A stretch of DNA of 64,000 bases from an uncultured Gemmatimonadales bacterium (lineage in GTDB: Bacteria > Gemmatimonadota > Gemmatimonadetes > Gemmatimonadales > GWC2-71-9). The DNA lies in the NCBI GenBank assembly GCA_963825055.1, contig CAWGSK010000015.1:64001-128000 (forward strand), read 5' to 3'. Position 1 is the stretch's first letter. Each line of letters starts with the position of its first letter. Both the position numbers and the translations under genes were made by a program. Positions 33,047-41,991 of this stretch are shown here, one piece after another. The notes below the pieces were generated by a model, which was given only the letters and a program-made list of their open reading frames with translations, did no database searches and was not told the origin of the DNA.

Positions 33047-34284
33047 CCACCGTGCGCGCCGTGCGGGCCAGGGACGTCCTCCGCCAGCTGCTGCGCGAGG
33101 AGGTGTTCCGCCTGCACGATCCGCCCACCGGGCCGCCGCACGTTGGACTCGAGGTGGAATTCCTCGTGCTGGAGAAGGACACCGGCGCCGTTCCCCGGCT
33201 CGACGAGATCCTCGGTGCCCTGCGCCGGGCGGGCGGCACGTCACCATGGGAAGAAGCGCGCAGTACCCGCGACACTCCCGTCTTCGGCCTTCCGGGCCAT
33301 GGCCGGCTCTCCTTCGAGCCCGGAGGCCAGCTGGAGGTCAGTACGCCGGCGCTCCGCTCCGCCAGCGACGTTCTTGCCTGGACCGGGGGCATCCTGTCGG
33401 TCCTCGATGAAGCCCTGGCCCGGGCGGGCCTGGAGCTGCTCGGGCTCGGGATCGATCCGTACAATCCCGTCGAGCGGGTGCCGCTCCAGCTCGACGCGCC
33501 GCGATACCGTCGCATGGCGTCCTGGCTGGGGCGGCGCGGCACCTACGGGGCCCGGATGATGCGGCAGAGCGCCTCCGTGCAGGTCAACATGGACTACGGG
33601 GAGAGCCCCCTCCGCGCCTGGCGGCTCATGAATGCCGCCGCCCCGTCGCTGACGGCGATCTTCGCCAACTCCCCCCGTTATGCCGGAGGCGCGACCGGCC
33701 ACCAGAGCTACCGCTCGTTCGTCTGGCGGGAACTCGATCCCGAGCGAACGGGGCTGTTCTCCTGCCTGGATCCGGTTGAGGAGTACCTGGATTTTGCGCT
33801 CGAGGCGGCCGCGATCCTCCTGGGCCCTGAAGGCGCCCCGGCGGAGCCCTTCCGCGTATGGTGGAACCGCCTCGCGGCCACGCTGGATGACTGGCGCGCG
33901 CACCTGACGACCCTCTTCCCCGATGTCCGCCCGCGCGGCTATCTGGAGGTCCGCTGCATCGATGCCCTCCCGCGCGAGTGGATCGGGGTGCCGCCAGTAC
34001 TCCTGACCGGCCTCCTCTACTCGCCCGATGCGATGGCCGAGGCCGAGCGGCTGCTGGGCCCGCCCGATCCGGACCTGGCCTGGCTCGCGGGTGAGGTCGG
34101 GTTGCGGGCTCCCCGGCTCGGCGCCCTCTCACGGGAACTCTTCAGCATCGGACTGGAAGGCGCCAGGTCCCTGTCCGGCATGGTCACCGAGTCCGACCTG
34201 GCTACGGCGCGCCTGTTCTACGAGACCTTCACGAAGGACCGCCGCTCGCCGGCCGACCTCGCCGAGGCACCCACGCTGCCCTGA
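33043..34284 (+). CDS. egtA: Glutamate-cysteine ligase (EgtA/GshA-type)
   Basis: GLEVE, EPGGQLE, MMRQSASVQVN, FANSP, HLTTLFPDVRPRGYLEVR; GTGA overlap with egtD. Confidence 0.88.
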   Translation: MTTVRAVRARDVLRQLLREEVFRLHDPPTGPPHVGLEVEFLVLEKDTGAVPRLDEILGALRRAGGTSPWEEARSTRDTPVFGLPGHGRLSFEPGGQLEVSTPALRSASDVLAWTGGILSVLDEALARAGLELLGLGIDPYNPVERVPLQLDAPRYRRMASWLGRRGTYGARMMRQSASVQVNMDYGESPLRAWRLMNAAAPSLTAIFANSPRYAGGATGHQSYRSFVWRELDPERTGLFSCLDPVEEYLDFALEAAAILLGPEGAPAEPFRVWWNRLAATLDDWRAHLTTLFPDVRPRGYLEVRCIDALPREWIGVPPVLLTGLLYSPDAMAEAERLLGPPDPDLAWLAGEVGLRAPRLGALSRELFSIGLEGARSLSGMVTESDLATARLFYETFTKDRRSPADLAEAPTLP

Positions 34285-34359
34285 CGCGTCTCACTTCTCC
34301 GGCTTCATGGGACCCGCTACCTTCGGGGGCACGTCCGCCTCCGACAGGATTCCGATCTC

Positions 34360-35292
34360 ATGATGCGACAGTCACTTCTGTGGCTATCCGAGCAGCAGGG
34401 CATATTCCGGTTCATCAAGCGCAACGGCCTGGCGCGGAAGTTCGCGTCCCGCTTCGTTGCCGGGGAGACCGTGGACACCGCCATAGAGGCGGTGCGCCTG
34501 GTCAATGCCCAGGACATCTCCGCATCGCTCGATCTCCTCGGCGAGAGCGTGTCCAACGAGGCCGAGGCCTCGGCGGCCGCCGACCAGTACCTGGGCATGC
34601 TCGATGCGATTGCCGCTACCCGGGTCAATTCGAACGTCTCGCTCAAGCTGACGCAGATGGGCCTCGACATCAGCGAGGACGTCTGCTACGACAACGTCGC
34701 CCGGATCCTCCGGAAGGCGAAGGTCCTCGACACGTTTGTCCGCCTGGACATGGAGAGCAGCGAGTACACCCAGCGGACGCTCGATTTCTTCTACAATCGC
34801 CTCCATGACGAGTTCGCGGACGTCACCGGCGTGGTGATCCAGTCATGCCTGCGTCGTTCCGAAGCAGACATCGAGGACCTGATCGCCCGCCGCGCGCGCG
34901 TCCGACTGTGCAAGGGTGCCTACCTGGAGCCGCCCGGCGTCGCCTTTCCCGACAAGGCCGACGTGGACCGCAATTACGTCCGCCTGATGGAGCGGCTGCT
35001 CACCGCCGGCAACTATCCCGCCATCGCCACGCACGACGAGGCCATGCTCTCGGCCACCCGGCAGTTCGCGGCGAAGGAAAACATCGACCCGGAGCGGTTC
35101 GAGTTCCAGATGCTGTACGGTGTCCGTCGGGACCTCCAGGCCGACCTTCGCGAGTCCGGGTACAATATGAGGGTCTACATTCCCTTCGGGACCCAGTGGT
35201 ATCCCTACCTCATGCGACGGCTGGCGGAGCGACCGGCCAACATCGCCTTCATGCTCGGGAATGTCGTGAAGGAGACCGTGTCGGGCCGGTGA
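34360..35292 (+). CDS. Monofunctional proline dehydrogenase
   Basis: FVAGE, DLLGE, SLKLTQMG, DME, RLCKGAY, ATHD, FQMLYG, YLMRRLAERPAN. Confidence 0.93.
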   Translation: MMRQSLLWLSEQQGIFRFIKRNGLARKFASRFVAGETVDTAIEAVRLVNAQDISASLDLLGESVSNEAEASAAADQYLGMLDAIAATRVNSNVSLKLTQMGLDISEDVCYDNVARILRKAKVLDTFVRLDMESSEYTQRTLDFFYNRLHDEFADVTGVVIQSCLRRSEADIEDLIARRARVRLCKGAYLEPPGVAFPDKADVDRNYVRLMERLLTAGNYPAIATHDEAMLSATRQFAAKENIDPERFEFQMLYGVRRDLQADLRESGYNMRVYIPFGTQWYPYLMRRLAERPANIAFMLGNVVKETVSGR

Positions 35293-35603
35293 GCGAGCTG
35301 ACGCTCGGCGGCTACGTCGCGAAGCACGAGCGCCCCCCCGCGTTCGGGGGCAGCGATGGGCAGCCCTATTCGGTGGGTATCCTGGTCGATGACGAACCCG
35401 ACGACCGTGGACGATTCGCCGCCTCGCTGCTCTTCATCCGCTGGTCCCCGGCTGGCGACCGCCCGGTGGGCCACCTCGAGACACCCGACCTCGCCTGGGG
35501 GCAGACCCCGGAGGAAGCGAGGGAACGGCTCGGGAACCTGTCCCTCTTCGACGTGAAGGCCGCGCTGGACGAGGCCATCGCGCGGGCGCCGGAATCATGG
35601 TAG
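35289..35603 (+). CDS. Hypothetical protein (104 aa)
   Basis: GTGA-coupled to proline dehydrogenase and overlapping the rsgA start. Confidence 0.65.
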   Translation: MSELTLGGYVAKHERPPAFGGSDGQPYSVGILVDDEPDDRGRFAASLLFIRWSPAGDRPVGHLETPDLAWGQTPEEARERLGNLSLFDVKAALDEAIARAPESW

Positions 35604-36499
35604 CGCTCCCGGGCGTCGTGCTCGGACGGGAAGGCGCGGAGTACCGTGTCTCCACGGCGGACGGCGAGGTACGGGCGGTGCTGCGCGGCAAGACCAAGCG
35701 AGGGATGCCAAAGGTGGTGGCGGGGGACCGTGTGCTGCTGGACGAGGTCGAGGGCGGCATGCTCGGTATCGCGAGCGTGGAGCCCCGGCGCAATGCACTC
35801 GAGCGCCGGACGCCGCAGGGGCGGGGAACCCGGCCGATCGCCGCCAACCTCGACCAGGTTCTGGTGATCACCGCGTCCACGCATCCCGACCCCGTTCCCC
35901 AGTTGCTCGACCGCCTGCTTGTAATTGCCGCGGCCAACGAAATTTCCGCCGCCATCCTGATCAACAAGACCGACCTTGCGCCCCCTGAGCACCTGGTCGA
36001 CCGGTTCCAGCGGGCCGGGTATAAGGTCCTGGCCGCCAGTGCGAAGACGGGCGCGGGACTTCAGGGGGTGCGCGACCTCCTGCACGACCGGGTCACGGTG
36101 GTGACCGGGCCGTCCGGGGCGGGGAAGTCCAGTCTGGCCAACGCACTGGAGCCCGGCCTCGGCCTCCGCGTTTCGGAACTGAGCCGGAAGGTGGAGCGCG
36201 GCCGCCAGACGACGGTGAGCGCGGTGATGGTTCCCATGTCGGAAGGTGGATACCTGGTGGACACGCCCGGGTTCAGCGAGGTGGGCCTCTGGGGCATCGT
36301 GCCGCGGGAGCTCGCACGCTGCTTTCCGGAGATGTTGCCGTGGCTCGACGACTGTCGCTTTTCCGACTGTACGCACCGTACCGAACCCGGCTGCGCGGTT
36401 CGGGCCGCCGTGGACCGGGGCGATGTCGCCCCGGACCGATACGCCAGCTACCTGACGCTGCATGAGGAACTGGAATCGGCGCCGGAGGAATGGGAGTAG
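35597..36499 (+). CDS. rsgA: Ribosome small subunit-dependent GTPase A
   Basis: Circularly permuted GTPase NKTD…GPSGAGKSS…GRQTT…DTPG; CRFSDCTHRTEPGC zinc site. Confidence 0.95.
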   Translation: MVALPGVVLGREGAEYRVSTADGEVRAVLRGKTKRGMPKVVAGDRVLLDEVEGGMLGIASVEPRRNALERRTPQGRGTRPIAANLDQVLVITASTHPDPVPQLLDRLLVIAAANEISAAILINKTDLAPPEHLVDRFQRAGYKVLAASAKTGAGLQGVRDLLHDRVTVVTGPSGAGKSSLANALEPGLGLRVSELSRKVERGRQTTVSAVMVPMSEGGYLVDTPGFSEVGLWGIVPRELARCFPEMLPWLDDCRFSDCTHRTEPGCAVRAAVDRGDVAPDRYASYLTLHEELESAPEEWE

Positions 36500-36505
36500 G
36501 ACAGC

Positions 36506-36637
36506 AGTGAGCGGTGACTAGTGATTAGTGACTGGTGACTAGTGCATTAATGCCGGTTTCGCGCATGTATCCCCACCACCATTGCACCAGTCACCAGTCA
36601 CCAGTCACTAGTCACCAGTCACTAGTCACCAGTCACT
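36506..36637. repeat. Inverted heptamer arrays (GTGACTA/G)n … (ACCAGTC/ACTAGTC)n between convergent genes
   Basis: Left and right arrays are reverse complements around a spacer of about 40 nt; the right array includes the MazG-like stop. Confidence 0.9.
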
Positions 36638-36954
36638 TTCCTCGTCCACCTCCCCCCATCCCTCCGCTCCACCTTCTCCATCATGCGGTCGAATGCATCC
36701 TGCAGGTCGATCCCCTCGCGGTTGGCCATGCAGATCAGGACAAACATGATGTCCGCCATTTCCATGGCCATGTCGCCCTCGGGCTCGTCCGGTTTCCGGG
36801 TTTTCTGGCCGAAGTGGTGGTTCACGTCCCGCGCCAGCTCGCCGACCTCCTCGGTCAGCCGGGCCAGGTTGGTGAGCGGATGGAAGTAGCCTTCCTCGAA
36901 CTGGGAGATCCAGCGGTCGACGCGCGCCTGGGCCTCTGCAAGCGTGGTCGTCAT
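36622..36954 (-). CDS. MazG-like nucleotide pyrophosphohydrolase (YpjD-like)
   Basis: LTEEVGELAR…EMADIMFVLICMAN…RDGGRW. Confidence 0.9.
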   Translation of the reverse strand: MTTTLAEAQARVDRWISQFEEGYFHPLTNLARLTEEVGELARDVNHHFGQKTRKPDEPEGDMAMEMADIMFVLICMANREGIDLQDAFDRMMEKVERRDGGRWTRKVTGD

Positions 36955-37472
36955 CCGCCGAGGGCCTTGATGAGTGCGGGGAGAAACCGGGGCAGGTCCG
37001 CCGGTGTCCGGGAGGAGATGAGGTTGCCGTCCACCACGACCGGGCTGTCCTCCCACTCGAGCCCTGCGTTGACCAGGTCATCGCGGATGGCGCCGACGCT
37101 CGTCCCGCGCCGGCCCTTCACGATACCCGCCGAGATGGGGACCCAGCCCGCATGGCAGATAAAGGCCACCGGCTTGCCCGCCTTGAAGATCCGGCTGGTA
37201 ATCTCCAGCAGCTTCCGGTTCCGGCGCATGATGTCGGGTGCGTAGCCGCCGGGAATGACCAGGCCGTCGAACTGGTCGGAGTTCACGTCGTCCACATGCG
37301 TGTCCACCGTGACCGGATATCCCTTCTTCCCGTGGTAGGTGCGCTCGTCGGTGCACCCGGCGACCACAGTCGTGGCGCCTTCCTCCTCCAGCCGGATCTT
37401 CGGATACCATAGCTCGAGGTCTTCATACTGCGGCGCGGCAAAGAACAGTATGCGCTTGCCCTGCAATGACAT
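36951..37472 (-). CDS. PfpI/DJ-1 family protein
   Basis: YEDLELWYP, IPGGYAPD, AFICHAG, VVDGNLISSRTPADL. Confidence 0.92.
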   Translation of the reverse strand: MSLQGKRILFFAAPQYEDLELWYPKIRLEEEGATTVVAGCTDERTYHGKKGYPVTVDTHVDDVNSDQFDGLVIPGGYAPDIMRRNRKLLEITSRIFKAGKPVAFICHAGWVPISAGIVKGRRGTSVGAIRDDLVNAGLEWEDSPVVVDGNLISSRTPADLPRFLPALIKALGG

Positions 37473-37635
37473 CGACTCCCCCTGGCGATACGGCCGCGCT
37501 CCGACCAGGAGCCCGGCGTGACTGGCGATGGTGATGCTCTGGCCGTCCTGCCCCTATTAAGCTACAGTCCTACCCGGCGTCGGCGGCACCTCGGCCCTGG
37601 CCGGCCCATCCCGAACTTCCCAAACGAGACGTCCC

Positions 37636-37872
37636 ATGCGCACGCGTGACCGCATCCTGGCCAACCTGGAGGCCACCTATCGCGAATCCTATGACAAGGC
37701 ATCCTCGGAGGAGGCGATCAAGCGGATGCAGGAACTCGACTGGGCCTTCCAGCGCGACCAGCTCATGATGGAAGTCCTGCTCGATATCCGGGACATGCTG
37801 GCCCAGGCGCCGGCCGGGCCCGGGACGCTGGAGAAGCTGGACGCGCTGCGCAGAATGACAAAACTGAGGTAG
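37636..37872 (+). CDS. Small helical hypothetical protein (78 aa)
   Basis: ATG ORF with host-like codon usage, directly upstream of the amidohydrolase. Confidence 0.65.
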   Translation: MRTRDRILANLEATYRESYDKASSEEAIKRMQELDWAFQRDQLMMEVLLDIRDMLAQAPAGPGTLEKLDALRRMTKLR

Positions 37873-37904
37873 GACTTTCAACTCATCCCCGGAGTTGCTT
37901 CGTA

Positions 37905-39557
37905 ATGCGCTTTCCTTTCTGTGTTCTCCTCCTGGGCCTCCTGGCGTGCGGCCAGTCGGGCCCCGCGGATCTCATAATCACTGGCCAGGTCTGGACGGGC
38001 GACCGCGAGCAGGACCGGGCGGAGGCGGTGGCCATCGCGGGCGACTCCATCCTGGCGGTGGGTGACAGCGCCACCATTCTCGCAAGCTACCTGGGCCCCC
38101 ACACCCGGCGCCTGGACAACGGCTCCGGCACCGTCCTGCCGGGACTGATGGACGCACACACACACTTCATCGACGGCGGCTACCAACTCGCCGGGGTAGA
38201 CCTCCGCGATGCCGCCACCCCCGCGGTGTTCATCAGGCGCATCCGTGAGTACGCCGCCACGCTGCAGCCCGGCGAGTGGATTATCGGCGGGGACTGGGAC
38301 CACGAACGCTGGCCGGGCACGCCGCTACCCCGGGCTGACTGGATCGACTCGATCTCGGGAGACCACCCCGTCTTCGTCAGCCGGCTCGACGGCCACATGG
38401 GAGTGGCGAACTCGTTAGCGCTCCGTCTGGCCGGCATCACGGCCGCGACGCGGAACCCGCCCGGCGGTACCATCGTGCGCGACCGCCGCACCGGGCGTCC
38501 GACCGGCGTGCTCAAGGACGCTGCCTCGGAGCCTGTCTGGGACGTGGTCCCGGCCCCCAGTGCCACCCAGCAGGACTCGGCCCTCGCGCGCGCCATGCGG
38601 CATGCCGCCGAGCACGGGGTCACGCTTGTCTCGCACGTCAGCGCGAGCTGGTCGGACCTTGCGGCCTGGAAGCGGGCCCGCGACCAGGGACGGCTCCTCA
38701 CGCGTGCCGTGCTCTACCTGCCGCTGTCCCGCTGGCAGGCGGTCGCCGATACCATCACTCGCGGTGGCCCCGGCGACGGCCAGGTCCGGATTGGCGGGAT
38801 GAAGGGATTCGTCGACGGTTCCCTCGGTTCGACCACCGCCTGGTTCTTCCAGCCTTACCTGGACGCTCCCGGAGAGACCGGCCTCATCCAGACGCCCGAG
38901 CCGGAGTTACGCGCCCTGGTGGGGGCGGCCGATGCCGCGGGACTGCAAGTGGCCATTCACGCCATCGGCGACCGCGCCAACGCCACGCTGCTTGACATCT
39001 ACGACAGCGTCGCCAAAGCCCATGGCAAGCGCGACCGCCGCTTCCGGATCGAGCACGCGCAGCACCTGCGTCCAGAGGACATCCCCCGCTTCGCCCGGCT
39101 GGGCGTCGTTGCATCGGTCCAGCCGTATCATGCCATCGACGACGGACGCTGGGCCGAGAAGCGTATCGGGCCCGACCGGATCCGGACGACCTATCCCTTC
39201 CGGAGCCTGCTCGATTCGGGCGCGCATGTGGCCTTCGGTTCCGACTGGACGGTAGCGCCGCTCGACCCGCTCCAGGGGATCTACGCGGCGGTGACCCGGC
39301 GGACACTGGACGGAAAGAACCCGGATGGATGGATACCGGAACAGAAGGTTACGCTCCAGGAAGCCCTGCATGCGTATACCTACGAAAACGCGTATGCCGT
39401 CTTCCGCGAGGCCGACCTGGGCATGTTGCGTGAGGGCTACAAGGCAGATGTCGTCCTGCTGGACCGGGACCTGTTCAGCACTGCTCCCGAGGTGCTCGAT
39501 TCAGTGCGGACCCGTGCCACGGTGATGGGGGGACGAGTCGTCTACCAGCAGCCCTGA
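37905..39557 (+). CDS. YtcJ-like amidohydrolase (Amidohydro_3), probable lipoprotein
   Basis: LLAC lipobox; PGLMDAHTH, KGFVDGSLGS, HAIGDRA, RIEHAQH, FGSDW. Confidence 0.9.
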   Translation: MRFPFCVLLLGLLACGQSGPADLIITGQVWTGDREQDRAEAVAIAGDSILAVGDSATILASYLGPHTRRLDNGSGTVLPGLMDAHTHFIDGGYQLAGVDLRDAATPAVFIRRIREYAATLQPGEWIIGGDWDHERWPGTPLPRADWIDSISGDHPVFVSRLDGHMGVANSLALRLAGITAATRNPPGGTIVRDRRTGRPTGVLKDAASEPVWDVVPAPSATQQDSALARAMRHAAEHGVTLVSHVSASWSDLAAWKRARDQGRLLTRAVLYLPLSRWQAVADTITRGGPGDGQVRIGGMKGFVDGSLGSTTAWFFQPYLDAPGETGLIQTPEPELRALVGAADAAGLQVAIHAIGDRANATLLDIYDSVAKAHGKRDRRFRIEHAQHLRPEDIPRFARLGVVASVQPYHAIDDGRWAEKRIGPDRIRTTYPFRSLLDSGAHVAFGSDWTVAPLDPLQGIYAAVTRRTLDGKNPDGWIPEQKVTLQEALHAYTYENAYAVFREADLGMLREGYKADVVLLDRDLFSTAPEVLDSVRTRATVMGGRVVYQQP

Positions 39558-39606
39558 CTCGTCCCGGGGGCAGGGACGCAGACTGCGCGGCGCCCCTGCA
39601 TCAGCC

Positions 39607-40206
39607 TCACGACCCTGACGATTCCCGGTACAGCAGGTGATGTAGCGCCAGGCCTCGTGCGACGGCCCCGCTGATCACGCCGGCCATGTACTCCGGCATG
39701 TGGCCGAGGTCTGCGCGCTTCACGGCCTGGAGGGCGGTGGCGGGGTCGTCGCCGTACTGCATGCCCTCGTACTGCTTCATGAGGCCCGCACGGATGGCTT
39801 GCAGGACCCAGGGCTTCGTCTCGACGGTGGCCTTGGTGACGATCGCCCGTTCCACTTTTCCCTCAGGACTGAACGTCAGGCCGACCTCCACCGGGCCGTG
39901 GGTGGTGTTTTCGACCGAGAAGAGGACGACCCCGGTGACCTCGCCCGATCCGGATTTGCCGAGGTAGAAGCGTACGTCCGGATCCTCGGGCGTGAAGTGC
40001 GCTTCCTGCTTGATGCGCTGGACGTCCTGACTTCCCAGCTTGACCGTCCGGACGAACAGTTCGTCCGCGCCCAAGGTCTTCTGCAGGACCGTCGCCTGCT
40101 TCACCAGCACCACCACCGGGGTGGGGTGCGCGGCCAGCGCCATAAGGGGAAGGACCGCCAGCAGGAGCGGGGCCCGGAAACGTCCTGCGCGAGGTGATCG
40201 TGTCAT
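39607..40206 (-). CDS. Exported hypothetical protein, FMN-binding (RnfG-like) fold suspected
   Basis: Signal peptide; HGPVEVGLTFSPEGKVERAIV…LMKQYEG recalls FMN_bind strands; no clear (S/T)GA(S/T) flavinylation motif. Confidence 0.55.
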   Translation of the reverse strand: MTRSPRAGRFRAPLLLAVLPLMALAAHPTPVVVLVKQATVLQKTLGADELFVRTVKLGSQDVQRIKQEAHFTPEDPDVRFYLGKSGSGEVTGVVLFSVENTTHGPVEVGLTFSPEGKVERAIVTKATVETKPWVLQAIRAGLMKQYEGMQYGDDPATALQAVKRADLGHMPEYMAGVISGAVARGLALHHLLYRESSGS

Positions 40207-40760
40207 GATGTTGCTCCATCGGGAACGCGGGCGGTAACTGCCCGCAGGGTGCCAAGAAGGACGATCAGGTAGACGAGCGACATGGTCCACCCCGAAGCGA
40301 TGGTGAGCCACGCAAATCCCCCGATCCCGAATTGCATAAGCCATTGGCCGGCGAAGTCGAGCGCGCCGGCGCCAAAGGCCGCCACAATGACGCCGTTACG
40401 CCACCACGCCGGCCAGCCGAGACCCAGGATGATCAGTGATTCCAGGGCAGCCACGATCGCGTAGATCATGATATGGATGTGGCTGTCCTGGATGAGCAGC
40501 GACCGGTCAACCGTGTGATGCTCCTCTGCGAGGGCATTCAGGTCGACGTGGGTCGTGGTAGTAACGGACTGTGCGCCGAGGCCCCCGGTGTCGAGGCCCG
40601 GCTCGGGCACGTACGTCGCCTGCACCTCCGACGGCGTGAGCCCCGCCCACGTCTTCACCATGAGAAAGGCGAAGATGTAGGAATAGCCCAGGACCAGGAG
40701 GAACAGCACCGCGGCCAGCTTGACCGAGCGGTCGGCGGTGCGGAGGCTGTAGAGCGACAT
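40203..40760 (-). CDS. Four-TM inner-membrane protein with SHIH motif
   Basis: Four hydrophobic helices, EEHH loop, LIQDSHIHIM; ATGA overlap with the next gene. Confidence 0.75.
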   Translation of the reverse strand: MSLYSLRTADRSVKLAAVLFLLVLGYSYIFAFLMVKTWAGLTPSEVQATYVPEPGLDTGGLGAQSVTTTTHVDLNALAEEHHTVDRSLLIQDSHIHIMIYAIVAALESLIILGLGWPAWWRNGVIVAAFGAGALDFAGQWLMQFGIGGFAWLTIASGWTMSLVYLIVLLGTLRAVTARVPDGATS

Positions 40761-40771
40761 GGGGCCCTCTC

Positions 40772-41893
40772 TCAGAAGGTGGCGACGAGCTGGAGGGTAC
40801 CGGTGACGCCCCATTCAGACATCCCGGTCTTCGTGTCGAAGAACGGCTCGCTCGAGTGGTCCACCCGGACCTCGCCCCGGATCTGGAACTGCGGGATCCG
40901 GAAGGTCGTGTGTTCCACATTCGCGAAGATCCCGCTCCGCCCCACGCCGAAGAGGTACATCGGCGAGAAGCTGAACGAGCTCAACGTCTGGGGCTGGCCG
41001 GTGCGCATGCCGTCCGGGTCGTCGAAAACCTCCGCGCGCGCGGCCAGGCCGATGTGCCGGCTGTGGTGGTGGAAGATGATCAGCGTGGCGCCGCTCCACG
41101 TCGCGTCCCCCCCGCCCGGGAGCACCTTCCGGTCACCCGCGTAGTTCGCCTCGCCCCCGATGACCCAGCGCGCCGAGGGCTGGTACGAGTAGTCGAAGGA
41201 CAGGAGATAGCGGTTGTTTGTGGCGTCGACTTCACCCTCGCTGCCATAGAGTGCGCTCAGGCCGAGCTGGGTGCCCTCGGAAGGGTAGAGCCCGATGCGC
41301 GCCCCGCCGGTCTTGCCGTGGTTGGAGTCGATCTCGCTGTCCCAGCCGTTGGCCACCAGGCCCAGGACCTCGAGGTGGGGTGAGGCGGACCACCGGCCGA
41401 ACGCGCCCACCAGTTTGGCCGGGCGGGCCAGTTCAAAATTGAAGGATGTCGTGGGGAGGAAGTTGAGGACCTCGTCATCCCGTTCGAAACCGATGGGCGC
41501 GTCTGCCTTCCCCAGCGTGAACGACAGGCCCGATCCGAGTGACGGGGTCACCGTGAACAGGAGATTGTCAATCTCGGTCTCCGTCACCGGCTCGCCCGTG
41601 GCCTCGTCTTCCTCGAGCAGCGTGGTGAGCTGGCCGTAGACGTACGCGTGGTCGCTGATCTCGCGGAACAGGCCCACGGCCACCTTGCTGGCGGCGAAGG
41701 TGTTGTCGTCGGTTTTCGCATTGTAGCTGTAGTTTCCGACCCCGAATCCCGTGATGGTCAGCGGCGCCGTGTCCCCGGTCTCCACCAGCCCGTCACCGCC
41801 GCCCAGCGGCTGGTCCTCCTGCGCCTGGAGCGGCGCGGTTGCCGCGCCAGCCAGCAGAATCAGGATCACACCCCACTGCTTCGTTCCCTGCAT
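40772..41893 (-). CDS. Outer-membrane beta-barrel porin (OmpL/BBP2-like)
   Basis: Signal peptide (LQA-QE), amphipathic beta strands, GKADAPIGFE, C-terminal Phe (QLVATF); GAGGAGG RBS. Confidence 0.82.
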   Translation of the reverse strand: MQGTKQWGVILILLAGAATAPLQAQEDQPLGGGDGLVETGDTAPLTITGFGVGNYSYNAKTDDNTFAASKVAVGLFREISDHAYVYGQLTTLLEEDEATGEPVTETEIDNLLFTVTPSLGSGLSFTLGKADAPIGFERDDEVLNFLPTTSFNFELARPAKLVGAFGRWSASPHLEVLGLVANGWDSEIDSNHGKTGGARIGLYPSEGTQLGLSALYGSEGEVDATNNRYLLSFDYSYQPSARWVIGGEANYAGDRKVLPGGGDATWSGATLIIFHHHSRHIGLAARAEVFDDPDGMRTGQPQTLSSFSFSPMYLFGVGRSGIFANVEHTTFRIPQFQIRGEVRVDHSSEPFFDTKTGMSEWGVTGTLQLVATF

Positions 41894-41991
41894 GCCACCT
41901 CCTCGCGGCAGTTGCCGCGCTGGAATGAACACCGCGACGCTGGCCGCGATTGCGGCCGCGCATTTCCGGCCCTGGGGGCCGGGTCTCGGGT

